Origin: Lingula anatina
Taxonomy: Eukaryota > Animalia > Brachiopoda
Assembly: GCA_051362555.1 (NCBI GenBank)
Contig: CM120640.1
Coordinates: forward strand, 27,180,503-27,244,502
Length of the DNA stretch: 64,000 nucleotides
Direction: 5' to 3'
Shown here: positions 61,671 through 64,000 of the stretch, one piece after another
Layout of the letters: the number at the start of each line of letters is the position of its first letter
Numbering within the stretch: position 1 is the first letter of the stretch
Position numbers and translations under genes: made by a program
Notes under the pieces: model-generated
The model's database searches: none
What the model was told of the DNA's origin: nothing
What the model saw: the letters and a program-made list of their open reading frames with translations, nothing else

Positions 61671-64000
61671 TTGTTATTTCGTCTTACTTCATACGCATAA
61701 GCATTCGAAAATTTGAAACGGGATAAAGAGTTAATCTAGTGACGAACTAATTGACTTTTATATTATTCTTGCATGGGAGACAGGTATTTTCAACGGACTT
61801 TTCAGCAATGTTTGCGACGTAGCAGGACCACGAAAGATGAAAGTCAAGGTTATTTTTTCAGTCTGCTCTCATTTGGTTATATTTGTCTCCATCAAGTCCC
61901 CGCTGTGGCAGTTAAAGTCCTTCTATATCTATATAAGTATACTTTCGTTTTCTGCTACTCCTTTTTTGTCTTTCCCCTTCAGGTATGTTGGTGGTACGGG
62001 GTCTGTGGTAGGCCTACGTGCAATACCACTCCTGTGGATGAAAAAAAAAGATAACAATAACTTTTACAATAATGAAATTGAAAAGCATGTTGAGAATTAT
62101 AATGGACAACCGGGAACTTTGCTTAAAGTTTTGCTGACTTTTCATTTATAACATTGCATACAATCATAGTGATGGTAATAATAGTGATGGTCTAGAAGAT
62201 GGCAAAATCTTTAGGAAATCCTGATCACCGTATTTCCTGACACGCTCAATTTGATGTTATCGCCTCTAAATAGCTACAAGATAGGAAAGCGTGACATAAA
62301 TTACTTCAGAGAATGTCATTTGCTGTCACAGCCTTTTCAAGTGTTTTATGGGTGACAAGAGCAACGACATCACCGCGACGTCGCATCTTGTCCAAGGCTT
62401 CCAGTAGAGGTTGTCTTGGAGACACGTACGGAGGAAGAAGTATTTAATGACGACTGAATTGCCCCAGGGTGGAGATAAACGATAAGACAAGCAACCCCCG
62501 AGCTTGAGCAAGCGATGGATAGCTAAATGTCGTTTATTTTTCTTTGACCTTAAGTTTAACCTCTTCTGCCGCATATCCTGTAAATGTTTACGTTTTTCTT
62601 AAGAAATACACATTATATTCAACTACAAATACATCTAGACATCGAAAAAATTCCATAAGACTACAAAATAGAAGCTTTTCTAACAAGGCATTTTTACAAT
62701 GTGGATCACTTGCGTATGCAATTATTGATCAATAGTTATGTTAATCGTTTGTCATGAAGTAAATAAAGTGTACATATATGTATTTTACGGGTTGTAGGTC
62801 AATCAAACAAAAATGACCAAATGCTTTACAGGAATCTTCACAATTTCCACCTCACCAGTTACAATTATTTCCCTTCAGTCGGAGAGTACTATATCAGGGG
62901 ATTTAGTCGAAGAAAAATCTGGTTTTCGTCATGCTGATGGTCATCTAGAGATTAAACCCATCAAATTTTTAGTGAACAAAAGTATACCTTGTCTCGCGAC
63001 AGGCGTAACTAATAACGGAGAGATGTGGACCCCGATTAGACAACGATGTCGCCTCACGTTAAAGACAAAAGAAAGGTAAAATCTGATAAACTAAAACAAA
63101 GAGTAATAAGAGAGTTGGTAACGTCATCTACGAGTTCTGTGAGACCTTTAAAAGGGAGGATTTGCGGATTTTTTAAAAATCATCCTTTAAGTTAATATGT
63201 CACTCTCTCTAAAAAGCCGATAACAATTCTTATTTAACAGAAATACAGGCAGCACATTCTTTGACCTAAAACCGTAAGGAAGTTCCTCAATTAATCCCTA
63301 TCTTTCATTACGACAAAATGGCAACACGCATTTGGCCAGAGAAATCAACCATGAAAAATGTCTTCTGCTTCCTCTGTATGGTATGGGCGCCTGGTGATAA
63401 CATACAAGGGGGCGCATCGCCCGCTATCTACACCGCTAACAACAAACAAGGCGACTATCGCAATTTCAAAATTGCTATCATTAGACTGGACAATCAAAAT
63501 CCGTAAAAATCGGACTATTATTCGCACGGCTATCCGTATATTAAATTATTTACTGGGGCCTGGTGGGGTGTTTTGTGGCCGAATCTTTTTCCTCATTTCC
63601 TATTCAGATTTTATCAACAAGTCTGGGTTTGTATACGTCCGACCACTATAGGTAAACTGAGGTCTTGCACGACTATATATAGCAACGCGCCAAATGATTA
63701 GCATAAAACATCACTTTTCGAGAGTTTTCGTGTCTAAAACTGTTTATTTTTAATGCGATTTCATGAAGTAATAAAATACTCATTCACCTGCCCAGGACAA
63801 GTACAGAAAGTTAGTGCATTGTACGAAGACCTTCATTAAATTATGTTCTTTACTATACCGTCGGCTTAGTTGTCCAAAACTTAAGGGGCGATATTACTTC
63901 CATGGGTTTAGTCATAAATTTTGTCTAGTTTAAAACTTGATATAAATCTTAAAGGTGTGCAAAACTGTAAGGATAAATTTTTAACAATTCTTTATCTAAT

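Overview
AT-rich animal (probably invertebrate) genomic DNA with six compactly packed, intron-rich genes that I reconstructed by hand from splice signals: PPIL4 (+, 5' part missing), NUDT18 (-), a ZDHHC9/14/18-family palmitoyltransferase (+), an SLC16A2/A10-like transporter (-), SRRM1 (+) and UTP11 (-). About 7.5 kb of apparently intergenic DNA follows. Most ORF-track entries are exon fragments or noise. The main finding is in the ZDHHC gene. One minor-spliceosome (U12) AT-AC donor (ATATCCTT, 16121) is followed by two tandem-duplicated 103-nt exons (16312-16414 and 17021-17123). Each has its own U12 branch point and AC acceptor but a major-class GT donor, so the exons appear mutually exclusive through spliceosome incompatibility. 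They encode alternative versions of TM4 and the TTxE motif. Other observations: a U12 GT-AG intron in PPIL4, a candidate poison exon in SRRM1, candidate alternative last exons and uORFs in the ZDHHC gene, a very tight bidirectional promoter, back-to-back poly(A) signals, a hAT relic with a 6-bp target duplication, Kolobok-like and hairpin MITEs, and an RFX/E-box cluster. All coordinates were read by eye and no searches were run.
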